A DNA stretch of 64,000 bases from Raillietiella orientalis (lineage: Eukaryota). The stretch spans positions 3,348,001 to 3,412,000 of the forward strand of contig JAYWIR010000015.1 of NCBI GenBank assembly GCA_036172245.1, read 5' to 3'. Both the position numbers and the translations under genes were made by a program. Every line of letters starts with the position of its first letter. Positions within the stretch are counted from its first letter, which is position 1. Below the pieces are notes generated by a model. The model had not been told where the DNA came from. It ran no database searches and worked only from the letters and a program-made list of their open reading frames with translations. Shown here one piece after another: positions 1 through 13,680 of this stretch.

Positions 1-1699
1 AGACTCTCATCAGTGGGCGCAGTGCTGCTGGCGATATTCCCCGCTCCGAAGGGTCCGGGTCTCCCTGAGACTCTTAGCAGTGAAGAAGGGACGAGGGAAC
101 GAAGGAAGCACATGCACGAAATCAAGGTTTCTCACGAAAAGACAAGGCTCCGGTACTTCAAAACACAGTGGAACTTTGAAGGAGGAGGAACTCGGCATTG
201 GTCCGGAGCGGAAGCACACAGGCAAAAAGGCGTCGTCGTCAGGAGAGCAGGGATTCTTCGGATTGGAGCCCGCAAATGACCTCGCGGAATCCAACCAAAA
301 CGATGAGAGAATCAGCATCGTTTCGCGGTTTCCTTCGAGGAAGTAATGAAGCTCCTCCGAAATGCTTCTCCAGGTTCCCGAAAGATCAAACAGGAAAGGA
401 TGCCGCCGGCGGAAACCGCCCCTCGAAAGATTGCTTTGCGTTCAAAGCCTAGGTGAGCAGATGAAGATCGGAAGAAATAAAGCAGACTAAAATAAATTTC
501 GAGATCCTTGTGAAGTGAAACTCGGGATGGGATTCAGAAAGGGGAACGCTAACAATGACCCAAATCCTCCAGAGGAACCCGGGGATGAAAGAAGATGATG
601 AGAATGGATGACAGGAATACAATGAGTCTCATTCAAAGCTCTCCGTTCTAAACAAATGAGATGATCCGAATAAAGGGTGACTGAGCTCCCAAAGCTAATG
701 GCTCTAATTAAGCTAATCTAAGACAAAAAGAGTCGACATACAATAGACAATCAAAAACGAAATGCGGATAAAAATGGACTATCTCTGCAGGCAAGATTTT
801 GACATTTCCAACAGAAAGTTCACTAAGAAGAATCTTCATTCCTCCCATCAGTAGCAGAGTCTCTTTTTTGCTTTCAGGCGAGGATCGGTTCCTGATGGTT
901 GCAACGGGAAGAAGGCGATTTTTACGTGCCGCGGTGAGCTGAAATTTTTCAAGTGTGAGAGGTAAAAGCAGGTGAAATGATGCCATGAAACTTCGCTTAA
1001 GAGACGAAAAGTGATGCTTTAGTGTTCCTTTTACATGAATTTGGGTGAAATTTTCTCCTGTGATTTTCGTAGAGTATAGCGGTGCTAATTTAAGGTAGGC
1101 AGGATCGAGGATCACTGATGACTGATTGATTACTATTGAAAAAAAGGCTGAGAAGACTGAGAAGATCTCAAGGTCTTTCTGCTGTTGTCAAGGAATAAGT
1201 TCAAGACACTTCTTCTACCAAGAAACCTGGACTGAAGTGGCGTTTCTGCCTGATCAAGGGTTGAGTGGACCCAAGTTGAGCTGCTAAAGCATTTAGGCGG
1301 CTTCCTCGGTCAACTTGCGTGAACGGAGATTACCTACTACCTATTGGAAGAAACCATGGGAACAACGAGGTTGTGCTATGGAGTCAAGAGCCAGTTGTCA
1401 ATGAAATGCTTGGAAACCAACGAAACATTTGTAAGTGCCAATGGTGTTTCAAAGGTGAAAGTCGCTTGGGTGAATTCTCATAGGTGATCAAAGTACATCT
1501 TGTTTCCAGCTCCATCAACAGCTTTCTTTGAAGTTTGAGAATCCATGGAAACTTGCCGTGAGGTAGTAATAATTTGGCTTTTCTTTTTTTTTTTTTTTGG
1601 TGTTAGGTCCCTCGGTAGAGAGCAAGTGACCAAGTAGCATAGGGTTTTCAAGTATCGCCTTGCATTGAAGTCAGAAACAAAATCATCATCACCTGTCAG

Positions 1700-2100
1700 A
1701 ATGTTTTAAAGCATGATTCAGGCATTGCTTACTCCCTTTGTGGAAAATGCTGAGGTCTGAAGATCAGTTGCAACGATTACATGCACGTCTTTTTCTCCGA
1801 AATTTCACAAATTTACTGGTAGCACATGCCGTGGTCATTCAGAACTGGGTCACAATCATTGATTCATTCCGATGGGAAAAAACAATTTTCGTTTCGCTAA
1901 CAGCTCGATTTTTGTCAAACTTCACCGTCCAACGTCTCTTAAAGCAGCATCCGTTTATTTTCAGTGTCTCTCTATTAGATTGCAGTGAGAAATCTTCTGT
2001 GATCTCACTGGATAGACCTTACTGCTTCGGCCGATATCACTTTGCTGGCAACGTGGTGCCAAGTAACCGTGGTGATTTGGTCTCAATCTCGGCTTTGTTC
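1700..2100 (+). pseudogene. Decayed PLS-class PPR fragment (L/S-like motifs)
   Basis: ORF 1738-2196 reads RLHARLFLRNFTNLLVAHAVVIQNWVTIIDSF...DLVSISAL, resembling the L motif (R.IHAR...NAL) and the start of a following motif (DLVSW.AL). Preceded by RMF*SMIQ. Confidence 0.45.
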
Positions 2101-3399
2101 TGCTGGGATTCTTTTCGATTTCCACCGCCCGCACTACTGCATTATAGTCTGTTACAGTTCTTTCATGGTACGCTACTTTTGTTCTGCCTTATTTGACTGT
2201 ATAGAAATTAACTGCTTCTTTAAATGCCTTTCACTTCGTCTTTCTGCACAATAAGAACCCTTGCTGTCAACTTCTGCCATTCGGATAACTGAAGTCGAAA
2301 AAACATTTTCCAGGGGATACGGAGCTTCCATAAAAAAGAAAAAGAAAAAAAAAAAGTGAACTGACTACTGTTACAGACACAGAAGTGCTGTGCTGTTTTT
2401 CAATGTAAACAAATGCTACACAGAACATTTTCAGAGCATCCCCATTAGAAAAAATCAAGAGTGCATCCGCTCATCTTCCCTCTTGCAAGCGTCCGCATTC
2501 CTGCCTCCGAAGCTTAATTAAAAGCAAGACATTTGCTAGTGCTCCTCCTTCTCCTTCAAGAGAAACGCAACAAGATGATGCGTAAAAGGAGCCACGAACG
2601 ATATCAAGGTTCCAGTTTCCTCGAGGAACCTCGTTCGGCTTATGCAGATGTTAGATCTGCAGACCAAAAAGCGTGGCTGTCACGATGACCATCGGCGGAA
2701 ATCATTGAGCTATTCAAACAGGGAAATAAATTAGACAATTTCTCTGTGATTTATCTGTGTAATCATGATCACGAGAATATCCCAGCCACCGGCCATGTGC
2801 ACAGGAAGACATTTCAAAGGGAAAGATTAGCTCGGAATTCAAACGGTCGTGTTATCTTTTCGCGATGATGATGACGATGAGGAGGACGGACTCGACAGGC
2901 ACATGAAAGCGTTCAAATATAAAGGGAAGCCATGTGATCGTTTCTATCGCGAAATCACAGGAGCGCCTGCATCTCTGGATGACTAACTCTTCCCGAACAA
3001 AACACGTCAGGGGAAACTCAACCGGCGAACAAGAACTGACAACCAGGACTTCAGCAGTTTAGCGCTGGCACAAAATGTCTCATGAAATTCAAAACGACGA
3101 ACGAGCGCTGATTTCTGCTTCTCCCTGATGGGAGCATACGCTTTCCAGGAATGCAGATCAACCCGAAATCATGTGCCTCGAATCCTGTGAACGCAGCGGT
3201 CCTCAAGATGATGTGCCAAGCTTATTGAAAGGAGCACGTTGTAGCAATAAATTACAAAAGAAAGTAAATGAAAGGCAGAAACAAAGAAAACGAGTAGTAG
3301 CGAAAAAGATATAAATAGACTGTACATATTCAGGGAAACAAACTGACTCCCGAATTGCAAGAGGTGAAAATTCGTAGCAGACCAAGCAAACATTGGGCA

Positions 3400-3607
3400 C
3401 CATTCTGTATGGAACGAAAGACGCATCGGGAGAGATAAGGAATTCGGGAGAATGGAACATCATCTTCAACGATAGTGGAAGTGAAAGCAGATAAGACGCA
3501 TTCTCGTAAGAGTCGGACACGTTAGCGTATTTGTGCGAAGGAAGTGTACGGCTTTTAAGCAAATTACTTGGAAGCCCCAAACGAGACCTGCAGAAGCCTT
3601 CCTTCAA
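3400..3607 (-). pseudogene. Decayed PPR L-to-S junction
   Basis: RLGLPSNLLKSRTLPSHKYANVSDSYENASYLL (3583-3485) resembles G+.SN+...TL+.MYA.CG.+E.A..+F. Confidence 0.5.
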
Positions 3608-4428
3608 TGCCGGCTAATCGCTATCCTTTTTTGCACAGACTCTTCGATAATATCGTGTCCTTAAAACCAAACCCGAAAATCGTGGGAAAATCTGTTTGAT
3701 TTCGATTCCAAGTCACAGAGCCATCGATGTATGATTTGTCCCCGGTGTTTTCCTCATGCTATGAGCATCCACAATTCTTCCGCTTATCCACAAAATCATC
3801 CAACTCCGTCTTTCAGAGACGCGATAATTAATCAGATTCTCTCGTTATTCTGGTTTCTGTCTCCCACAGGGAGATTCTGTTCAATAACTCGTTTGCATTG
3901 AATTCCGGATCAGCACACATGAGCAAGACGCCCGACGGACAAGAGAAACGTGAACGGTTGAAATGCATCCTTTGCTGAAACATGAGGAGGAAGGAAGAGC
4001 AGTTGCAAAAGTTGGGAAAAGGGCTCACGAGAAAGGCGCAGTCAGTCATCCTTTTGCATGGACCTAATGTGATATAAGGAGCAGCAACGGACCCGATGCT
4101 CTCTGTGGTATAAAATTCGAAAGCGAAACATCCAAAAAGGAAAACAAGAAGGAAATTTACCCTTCTATTCAAGTGCTGGCAATCGTCCTTTTCTGTTCCA
4201 GAAAGTTTGCTTTTCAGGACCTCTTTTCAGTTCCCAAACATAGAAGCCAGAACGTATACCAACTCTTTGGGCATCAAATCCGTCGCACTGTGATGTGGGA
4301 TTTGAACGTAATGCAAGCAGCAGTCATACCAAAGAGTTGTCTCATGAAATGTTAAGAAAGACCACTGAAGGGTGAGCCATCAGGGGTCATCTGCTTAGCA
4401 GAGAGGGATCCGTGGAAAACTGCAAGCC

Positions 4429-4610
4429 AAACTCGGAAATGCTAACCTCATTATCCAATGAGCATCGTAAATGCAGAAGAGAGACGAAAATGAGGAATGT
4501 TGTTGGACTAGATTGCTGAAGAATTGCAGAAGGCAATTATATTTGGAAACTACTCACATCGGCAGAACCCCCATTCACTGGAAAATAAAAGATGGAAATG
4601 TTTCCGAATC
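4429..4610 (+). pseudogene. Decayed PPR S2/E-motif region
   Basis: KLGNANLIIQ followed by CCWTRLLKNCRRQLYLE (4498-4548) resembles G.L..A..+I...W..LL.ACR.H.++E. Confidence 0.5.
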
Positions 4611-5959
4611 TATAATCTTATTGCTAACACGCTCTGAGCATGTCAACTCATCTTGCTCTTCTGCACCGAATACACAAACAGTATCAGTGGCTTTCTTTTC
4701 CTCATGGACCGTTATTCCTAGCTTTCTTTGTCCCAAAACTAGCCAACACCTAAACAAAGGATGCTGAACGCGAATTCCAGCCAAAGCTCAAGATTCAAAT
4801 TCAGCTTTAAGATTCTGTTGATCTTTTGTCAGAGTTACATGCAAACAACGGGACAGCGGGAGCAGACGTAGAACGGAAGCCAAAGACTCCTGATCTTGAG
4901 TCTTGGAGGATGGAAATAGTTGTACATTGTCATTAACTCTGCCTGTCACGAATCTTCACGCTCGGATTGCAGCAGCAGCAGCAACAGTTTCTGAATGAAA
5001 TCATGCTCCGACTCGTAGCACAAGATCACCAAAAGAGACGAAATTTGGGAGCATAAATGATGCAGACAAGACCAGAGTAAATTAGACGCTTTTCTTGAAT
5101 CTCGTCATTTCGTCTGCCTCTATTTGTAACTGTCCAATTGAATCCCCTTTTCCATTGCTCTCACTTTATGTGTTTGAAAAGGTCAGATTTTAAAGCCAAA
5201 AAGAACACTCAGAGATTAGAATATCTCCAGTCCAGTGCTGCTTTCCAAGCATGGGTGGAATCTGTATCGCGGCTATATATACACTGCCATTCCTTGAAGA
5301 AATTTCCAGTGCACTGCCAAAATGCTTCCAGGTTTCATCCACATGAACAGTACGAAGCTGTCATCTGAGTTCAGAAGGAGTCTGAAAGTTTTAACAACAG
5401 CGGATCCTAAGCTCCCAGAATACGTCTGGAAGACTCTCTACAAAGAAAAGGTGAGTTCGAAATAGCCACTTCCTCAGGGATGAAACTCCCATAGGCAGGA
5501 CAGGGGCGCCTCTCGCGCGTTAGGAAGTGCATTTTTTCATATCCACATTCCTCCTGCTCTTCTTGTTCGTGGGCCGTACGTCAAGTTTCGTAAGCTACAC
5601 ATGGGGGCAAATCTTCAAAGTGGAAGCAGAACTTCAGGAAGAAACAGAGCTGACCCTTTCACCTACATTTTTCATTGCAAGAATTGACAGCAAGGACTAT
5701 GATTGCGTGATTACAAGTGTATCTCGAAAAATGGGTAGCGGTAAATGAAACGTTAGTCATTTCTGATACCGGGAACGAAAGTCTCCTGCAGCGTTTGCTG
5801 GAAATCGAAAATCGGGAAAGTTCCCGAATAGGTACGACAGTCGAAATGAAGTGACCTCAAAGATCATACTCTCAAAGGATCATACGCTGACCAGATGGTA
5901 TCAACTCATGATCGGATTCTTCCTCCTAATAAACGCACTTCCCGTAGCTCTCAGTATTC

Positions 5960-6110
5960 AAGGTGCCCGATAGAGTAACGAAGATGATTTGCGACAGCAA
6001 GTCGTCCATAACGAATCGTTGTGAGCCGATCCACGAGTGTACACTCTGCCTGTCGTTTATGACGAAACAGGATTAGATGAAAACAGAGCCCTTGAGCAGC
6101 GGTACTGCCA
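5960..6110 (-). pseudogene. Decayed PPR S2-like fragment
   Basis: TLVDRLTTIRYGRLAVANHL (6040-5981) resembles +VDLL.R.GRL..A..L. Confidence 0.45.
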
Positions 6111-7899
6111 CCCCCACTGTTCTGTGGCATCGGTCCCACCTTTGCTGTCAATGACTTGACGTTCTCAGAGCCTTGCCGGTATGGGTGGAGCATTTTGCGT
6201 CTCAAGGAGAGAGAAGTCCTGATCAGGAAGACTATTAAACGGAAATTCCTAGTTTCGATGTTTTTTTTATTCCTTTCATAGCGCAGTCTGTTTCCCTGAA
6301 GATCCTACTCAGCCCAAAGAATCGACAAGAGCAGTGAATAAGCAAAAAGGCAAAAGAAGGTGCTTGGGCTACATGGCGATCGCCGTTCTGTAGTTTTTTC
6401 TCAAGGAACCAGAGGGAATTCCTTAAATGGAGTTCCCATCAATAAGGATCCAGATCAACTTTCCTTTGCCTTCAAAGTCCTATAAACTTCAGAAAGATTC
6501 GAGCAGAAATTCGACTCGGAGAGAAGCTAAACATTAATCCACAGGTCCAAACGGAGAGCACTTTGGAATAAGCCAAAGCACAAGACAGCTCGACTTTAGC
6601 TTCACTTCTTTGAGATTCCACTTCCTGAAGTCTCGTGCTGGAGAAGAGAGACTGCGACGCCAAAGGCAGCAAGAGGCAGCAATCATTTAAGCCACTGGAT
6701 CGAATCCCTTTTTCAAAAGCAAAGCATAACTGCAAGAATACTTTGAATTCTCATGCAATCCCACGACTCCTACGAACGACAAAGTCAACCCGAATCCTCA
6801 CATGGGGAAACGAAAATGGAAAGTCCCTGTGGACAGGGAGCGGAGTTTCGTGGTCCCCATGTTTCCTTTACCCGCGTTTGCCGGAAGCTATTTCGCTCCT
6901 CTCCCTTTAGCGAGTGTCAAGGATTGCATCCAACCTCTCTCGAAAGTTCCTTCGCTCGTTGGTTCCCGGGCTGCGGAAGAAACGAAACACCCTTTTCGAG
7001 CAGTCGGATCAAGGAATGTTGCAGAATTTTGAATTGGGATACTCTCTGACAACTAAATTGTTTTTCTCGCGATTCTCCCTGTTTCCAGGTCAAAAGTGGA
7101 TCCTAACGGAAGATTGCAGTTCACGTCACGGGACCATAATCTTTCCCAGAAGTTCAAGACAACCTAGGAAGCCATCAATTACGCCAGAGAGAAATATATT
7201 GAAAATTGCTTTACATCTTTGAAATTTGGACCATGTCTGCGCTGGCAATGCAATCGAGAGGCCATTAACACGAAAGCTGTCATCAGACTGTGTTGCAGGC
7301 CATGAAGTAACCATGCATTTGGATTTCTCCACATGTTTCGGTGATCAGCTCGTTTGCAGCTTTGGTGCTGCCGGGAAATTCGTTCTTCAGCGATGGAAGG
7401 ATTCCTCGAATTGCAAAAAGTCACCAGGTTTTCGAGACGATGCGAAGTACCCAGAATATACGAAATCCTGGACGCTGAAAATCAGATGCCTTCCTCAGCA
7501 GCCTCCACACCACACCGAGAGCAGCAAAGAATTTCGGGTGGACACGAGGCTTAGTCCTGTCCAAGAAGAAGAGAGTCAACTCTCGACTGCTGTATCCGAT
7601 TGCTTCACGAAGTCACTCGCCCATGTAATGACTCAGACATCCAAAGCAGGCAAAAACCCTGCCATCAAAAATGTCGCGTTCGCACTGGAGTTGCCATTGA
7701 GAACAAAACTGAGGCTCTTGGAAAGGTAGGAGGCTGCCAGCGCCGAAACGCTCGGCCAATCTGAGCGGATCACTGCTTCTGTGAGTTCCGGTCTCGAAGA
7801 AACGGCAGACTGAAAAGGAAAACCACGTGCGCGTGCGGCTTTTTCCCTAGTTCAGTCAGGGGGGGCAGCTGCTCCCTTCGTGGGACCGTCAGCCTTGGA

Positions 7900-8140
7900 A
7901 AACTTCTAGACTTGCGTGCCTTAATCTTCGATTTTCGATTTATCATGTTTACAATATTAAGAGTTTCACAGCCCCGGGTTTTCTCTCGCCGAGGTCGGTG
8001 TCCGATCTCCTTAGCCTCGAAGCTCCCTGCGAAGTGCTCTGCTAAATTCCCGTGAAAAATCTTCTTGCTTCCAGGAATTATTTTCCGTGCACTGGAGAGT
8101 TTCGAGCTTCCTGGCTGACTGCAAGCAGTGTCACTGCAGT
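7900..8140 (-). pseudogene. Decayed PPR L/S fragment
   Basis: TACSQPGSSKLSSARKI and NIVNMINRKSKIKARK resemble .ACS..G.L..GR.I and L+NMY.K.G.+..ARK. Confidence 0.45.
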
Positions 8141-10339
8141 TTAAGAAATAACTCAAAAAACGCGTGTCCTAGAAATAACGCCATCTCGTCGTATTGTTCC
8201 TTCCTCAAAAGTTTCCCAAGATGAATGGGGCCATAATTCCCTATTTTCCTTACAAATCTGTTCCAGAAAAGGACAATAAGATCGACTAACTGGACATAAC
8301 CATTCGATCTTTGGAGGAAAGGTATGTGTGACTCTCAAGCTGAATATGTTTGAGAATGCAAGTTGAATTTCAAGGGTTCTCGGTAGCCATAAATTTGTTT
8401 ACCACAAAGATGGGACACAGAAGTGGGTGAGAAAAAGGACTTCCTTCGTTAATTTGTTTTCCCCCCATTTCAAACGTGGCAAAGTGAGTGAAAATGACGC
8501 AGAAAAATGGGGGAGTATTATCTTAAGAAAATGTTAAATATGGGAGCCGACTACTTGGAACAAAGGACATAAATCCCATTCATTGCTTCATTCGCCGTTT
8601 GCTTCCAAGGCTGGAACTATAATGAAAATGAGGAGAAATAATCCTCGAGAATTTGTTGTTGAGCCGACTCAGTGTTTCTGGAAGTGGAATGTCCGGTATC
8701 TTTGAAACACTCAGCGCCCTGATTCATGATCCTTAGCTTTCCAGAATGATCCTAATGGATGTACTCCTCGGACTTCGTTCTCAGTGCTTCTTGAGCAGCT
8801 GTGTGATGGAGAGCTGGAAGGCTGACATTTGGTGTGGAGAGCGCTCTCAGAGGTGCTCAGCTCAATAGAATTCACCAGCAGATGATTACAGCAGTTTCGA
8901 TCTGGTTCAAGCCGCCTCAGCTTTCGTCCACCAGGAGATTGAAGGACAGCACAGGATCGAAAATGATCCCGTCTCCCTTCCTCTCATACTCGCATTTGGG
9001 GATGAATCAAGTTGTTTGCTTCCGGAACTGCTTCTTCTAGGAAACAGTCCTCCATAATCATGGCATGTCAATAAATGCTATCTATCACTGTGTGAAATCT
9101 GCCTGTGATGGCTTGAAGGGAAAGCTGACGTATGATTGATGACACGAAGCAGAGTTGCTATTTGATCTTCATGTTCTGGACCCCTGAGATTAATGCACTA
9201 TTTCCACTGGTTCTTTTCATTTGTGGAACGAGCTTTATGCGTCGGAAAGTCAACGGCGGTGAAGAGGATGTCGGAAAATTCAAAGTGACTGTTGTGTGAT
9301 CCACGGAGAGGAGTCTTTGAACTTTGCTTTCCTCGGGAAGTTCGCTCGTTTCAGAATACATCTGCGCCTCCCTCCTGATGCCTTTCCAGGATTATTAAAG
9401 CTCAAGTGTTCCTTTGTTAATTGCGGCATTCGGCTTAACTGATTAGTTCCAGTTCATCTTCGCAATCGTGTATTGAGTGGATGGTAACGAAGTAGTCTTA
9501 GGTATGTGGCAGGAAATTTTAAAGAAAACTTATGGTGAGCGTTCTTGGCGCGCAAATTTTCCTGCTTCGTGCCATTCTGCTCTTCATTCTTCCATGTAAT
9601 TTGCAAAGTCCATCAAAGGCACGGGCATTTTCGAGCATAAATGTAGCAACAAAGTGCCTTAATTGCAATCAATTCCTTCTGCTCTCCTTTCCTACCATCT
9701 CAGTTTCCTTTCGCGAAAATTGGTGTTTTTAGTTCGGAGATTTCGCCGAATTTCATTTTATTCCGCGCGGTTTTTGCCTTCTGGGAATATCAGCCTGAAG
9801 ACAGAAATTCCACTTCGAGTGAAAGCAGACTCTTGGATGAGACGGAACTGATTTATTAAAACTCTGCAGCCGAATCGCCCCGTGTAAAACCCAGCCGTTC
9901 GGGTAGAAACCAAGTTCGCCATATGCTGGTTTCCCCGAGGAATGGGCACGTCACCTTAGGGAAAGGCGGTGATCTCTTCACGGAGGAGGCGCCCTGCACT
10001 TCTCCAGAAAACGCCAACTCTGCGGTAATGCAGAACTTATAAGCAAGCTCGTCCCTTGGTAATGGCGAGATTTAATCATTGCTGCGCACCATTTTGTGAT
10101 GGATGGAATGGTTCGATTGATGTCTGATGCATTCCGGCGTCAAGGGTAGGAAAGGGAGGAGAAGTACGCGCGAAGACCCCTTTTATGAAGGTGCGGCACA
10201 GATAGCAACAGCTTGAGGAGACGCGGAGCATTCGCGTTTCCAAGGCGATTGCCTTGCGTTCGACGCGCGAGTAGTCATTAAGCCGATTGTCTGAAAAGCT
10301 TTCCACAGTTCAGCCCATTTACAGCTCATTTACATTTCT

Positions 10340-10495
10340 GAGCCTCAAGGAATTCTTCGACCATTCCTATCCTGCGATCAGAAATATGTCCTTCGGAGGT
10401 GTGGATGTGGATGTCATGGCAGCAAATGCCAAGTGCGTGTCAGATGGACGGTTCTGTTTTATCCTCTCGTTGCTTTCTTCAGCGGCTCATGAAGT
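10340..10495 (+). pseudogene. Decayed PPR P/L2 fragment
   Basis: KEFFD...IRNMSFGGVDVDVMA...FILSLLSSAAH resembles FR.M.L.GV.PD.+TF+S+LSACSH. Confidence 0.45.
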
Positions 10496-10772
10496 CCCCG
10501 AAAATGCCAATTGAGCTTCTTTGCGATTGCTATAAAGTGACATGGGGTCATCTTCTGTTAATGTCAGCCTGCACGTTTCTGATGAGAACATCGCTGAAAT
10601 CGACCGTTCATCATCATCCTGGAAGCTCTTGCGAAAACAAGGCCTTTTTATTCTTTTCCATCCTCTGCTTCCTCCAGATTGTTCGGCAAGGAAGAGTTTT
10701 CTCGAAACCTGAATCAAACAAGATGAGAGTCCTTCATTAACACAAAAGCGTTTTTCCTCCAAAATCCTTCTC

Positions 10773-10820
10773 TTAATTCCTCTATTAGTGTTTAATTCCT
10801 CTATCTAAGTTTATTTCCTC
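10773..10820. repeat. Degenerate 19-bp tandem repeat, about 2.5 copies
   Basis: ttaattcctctattagtgt / ttaattcctctatctaagt / ttatttcctc. Confidence 0.8.
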
Positions 10821-11949
10821 CTCTGCATCCATTTTTTTCGTAAGGAACCAAGATGAGCGCGATCGATGCTTATGTTTCAGGAGACTGAGGATGAAATGGG
10901 TGAAAAATTATTTGAAACTCCCCGTTGGAGATGACAAAGCGGTTGCAGGAGATGAACCAGAGACTGTTGGAAGCAATGAGTAGAACACATGAAGGAGGAA
11001 GGTTGGAGCGTTTTTTATTAGACATTGCGCGAGGTTTGCAGTAAAAGTGATGACGTTGCTTTCCTTTCGAGGGAGAGCAGAAATACACATGTAATACACA
11101 TGTACTTGACGTTGTGCCATCCACAGTGCTGGTCCCTCTTGCACAAGAACACCATGCACAAAGTGCCGTCAGCCTTCTGCGCTTTGCTTGAAAAATTGAA
11201 CTCGGGAAGGAAGAAGAGGTGGAGATCCCCACCATATTTTCCCGGAAGCATCTGCTGAAGAAAGGATGCGTCTCCTCCCTGTGGATTTCCCGACGTAGTG
11301 AGAGACTCTTTTCCAGAGCAGATGGAAAGATGGCTTCGCAACAGTAATCTGGAAGGCGCTAGGAAGGAATCAGTTTGGGAGGGCCGGGGTTGAAGCAGGG
11401 AAAGCTCCACATTGGTAATGAAGAGGTAGAAAGAAAGGAGGTTTCTCTTTCGTAAAGACGACCGTGGAGGCTGAGGAAAAATTTGCATCTAGGCAAATGG
11501 GTGAGATATAGAAGGAGGGAATAGATCCTGGGAATGAGCAGAGGAATTGCTGTGCTTGATTCTGTAAAGGTTGGAGGCAGGGAATTTATAGAAACGGATG
11601 CTGCTCCGAGAGAAGAGTCATCGAGGAAAGAGCGAAGCATCAGAAAGAAGGTCAAATTTCCAAAGCTCAGGCACAAATAAGAGGTAGGCGGGTTGAAATC
11701 CAACGATTGGGTATGGAGGTTTCCTTGGATGAAGGGTCGAATATTGAAGGGAGAGATCCTTGACATGGACGACTAAGAGCGGCTCCCTGAGTAGCAAAGG
11801 AAAGCTGAAGTAGCGAAAGGTTCCCACTCAAGCAAGGAAAAAGACAAATAAAACGACAAGGCACTGCCCGACGTCTCAGCTGGAATCTCATGCTTCAATG
11901 ACGCAATGCCTGGATGGACGAGGCGCTTCCGGCGACAGTATGAAACAAT

Positions 11950-12580
11950 TGGCCTTTCTCACCTGTGCCGGATTCTTCCTTCTCCACGGTCAGCTTTGGG
12001 ATGCTGCAGAGATAACAAACTGTCAATACAAACGAGAGGTTCCTCGTGGCTTCAGCCGAGAAATGGAAATCGCCAAGTGAAGCTCCTTCCGAAAGATGCG
12101 ATGCAGGCAGCACCAAACCAGCAAATCATTACTACTCCTTTTCATGCTGTCAGAGCGGCTGCAAATTGTTGGCAAATCCAAAGCAGGCACAATGGATCCT
12201 CTGTGAATTGATGGATGATTCTTTGAAAAGCTGGAATGCGCCAACATTAACATTCCAGCTTTTCAGAGAATGGCCTGTCAGAAGTAATCAAAGAAATTTA
12301 TAATTAGTGCAGAGCAACTTTTTTTTTTTTTTTTTTCTCTACCTCGAGATTTATTCCCAGCGCAACCCTTTAACGTGATGTGATGCTGCGAGACAATCGT
12401 GAAAGCAAAATGTTATTTCTTCCTCTGAGGAATCTCAGGTGGATGCTCGAGGAAGGCATTTTTCTTATTCACGGAGAGCGGAAAATCGGAGGCTCTCTGG
12501 AAAAAAAGCCGTCTCAGACGGGGAGGCTTTCGGGAACAAAAAAGTTCGCTGCGGCGCACTGCGGTCTTCGGCACCCTCGT
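11950..12580 (+). pseudogene. Cluster of decayed PPR fragments
   Basis: HGQLWDAAEITN, AQWILCELMDDSLKSWNA, MLEEGIFLIHG and AFGNKKVRCGALRSSA lie in different + frames and are split by a T18 run at 12319-12336. Confidence 0.45.
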
Positions 12581-13479
12581 ATTCCAAGCGCCTGCAGCTG
12601 AGGAGGTACTTGGGAGCGCAATAAGGCGAAAGCCAGGTTCCCGATCTCGAGGAGGGCCCAGCGGCTCCCTCCTCAGTGCACAGGCGAGACCCCGCGCCCA
12701 CGAAAGCGACGATCCGAATTTTCCTCGCTGGTAGCACTGAGGACCGGACCGGAGGAAACTGCCGTCTTTGCGTCACCGACCAAGCCCCCTCTAGCGGCCA
12801 CGAATCGTTTCGCCACGTGTGATCCCGCGCCGAGGTGCACCAGCTGCAGGTCTCTCCCCTCTGGATACAACGGCGTGCGAATTCTCGCGCTTCTTGGATT
12901 CGATCCTCTCCACCATCTTCGAAAGCCTCCTTGGTGCTTTCTTTCCACTTCTTCTTCACCTTTGCCCTTTCCATGGGAAAGGGTTTTTCTCTTTCTTAGG
13001 TTTGCTGGGTCTTTTGCCGTTCATGATGATTGGTGCGGTGCGATCTCTCCATCGGAATCATTCCCGGAATGACTAGATCTTTTCAAGGGGAAAAACGGAA
13101 AGCAAAAAATTGAAAAAAGGAGGGCTCGAGGGGAGAAGACGCATCCCAGATCCCTTGCGAAACTCCCTAGCTGCTTCTTGAGCTCTTGGGACAGGTTTCA
13201 TTCTGGGCAGAGCAAGAGAATGGTTCTGGAGGAGGAGGAACAGCGCTGCTCCGCCGGCAGTGAGCTAGAGGTTGGTTCGTCGAGGCAGGCTCAACCAGAT
13301 CGAAAGCTCCAGGATGTCTCGCCAGCACGGGATGGTGGGGCATCTTGCCCCTAACTCACATCGAGGGAGGGTGACCTCACACTCTCCTCACTTTCCTCCT
13401 GCGAATGCGCTCGAAAAGAGCCGAACCGTTCTGGATGTCAAGGTGACCGCGTTTCCTGCAGTGCCGGCGAATGCCATGC

Positions 13480-13680
13480 ATCCGTCCATATGAATGAGGG
13501 TGCTTTGACAGAAGGGATCATCCACGTATCCATCAAAGGGGAGATGCTTGCCGGAAGCAGCAACGCTTTAATGAGGGTCGGGAGAAAGGGTGTGTGAGAG
13601 GAAGGGGAAGGCACAACGAGAAGAGGAACAACTCGGTACGTGCGTGGTGCACTCACCCGCACGCGTAAGCTCGTCATAGC
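13480..13680 (+). pseudogene. Decayed PPR L motif plus start of S motif
   Basis: 13499-13591 translates GALTEGIIHVSIKGEMLAGSSNALMRVGRKG, matching GAL.EGR.IH..I...G.....V.NAL+.MYG+CG with small deletions. RYVRGALTRTRKL follows. Confidence 0.65.

Noticed and set aside
860..1090. Faint LINE reverse-transcriptase-like words (FRRGSVPDGCN, CDFRRV)
   Set aside because: Too short and degenerate, with no YADD-like motif or coherent order.
1..1560. Possible non-standard genetic code (stop-codon reassignment) hiding long genes
   Set aside because: Reading through TGA or TAA/TAG gives no recognisable protein. Protein-like words elsewhere jump between frames, which indicates indel decay rather than recoding.
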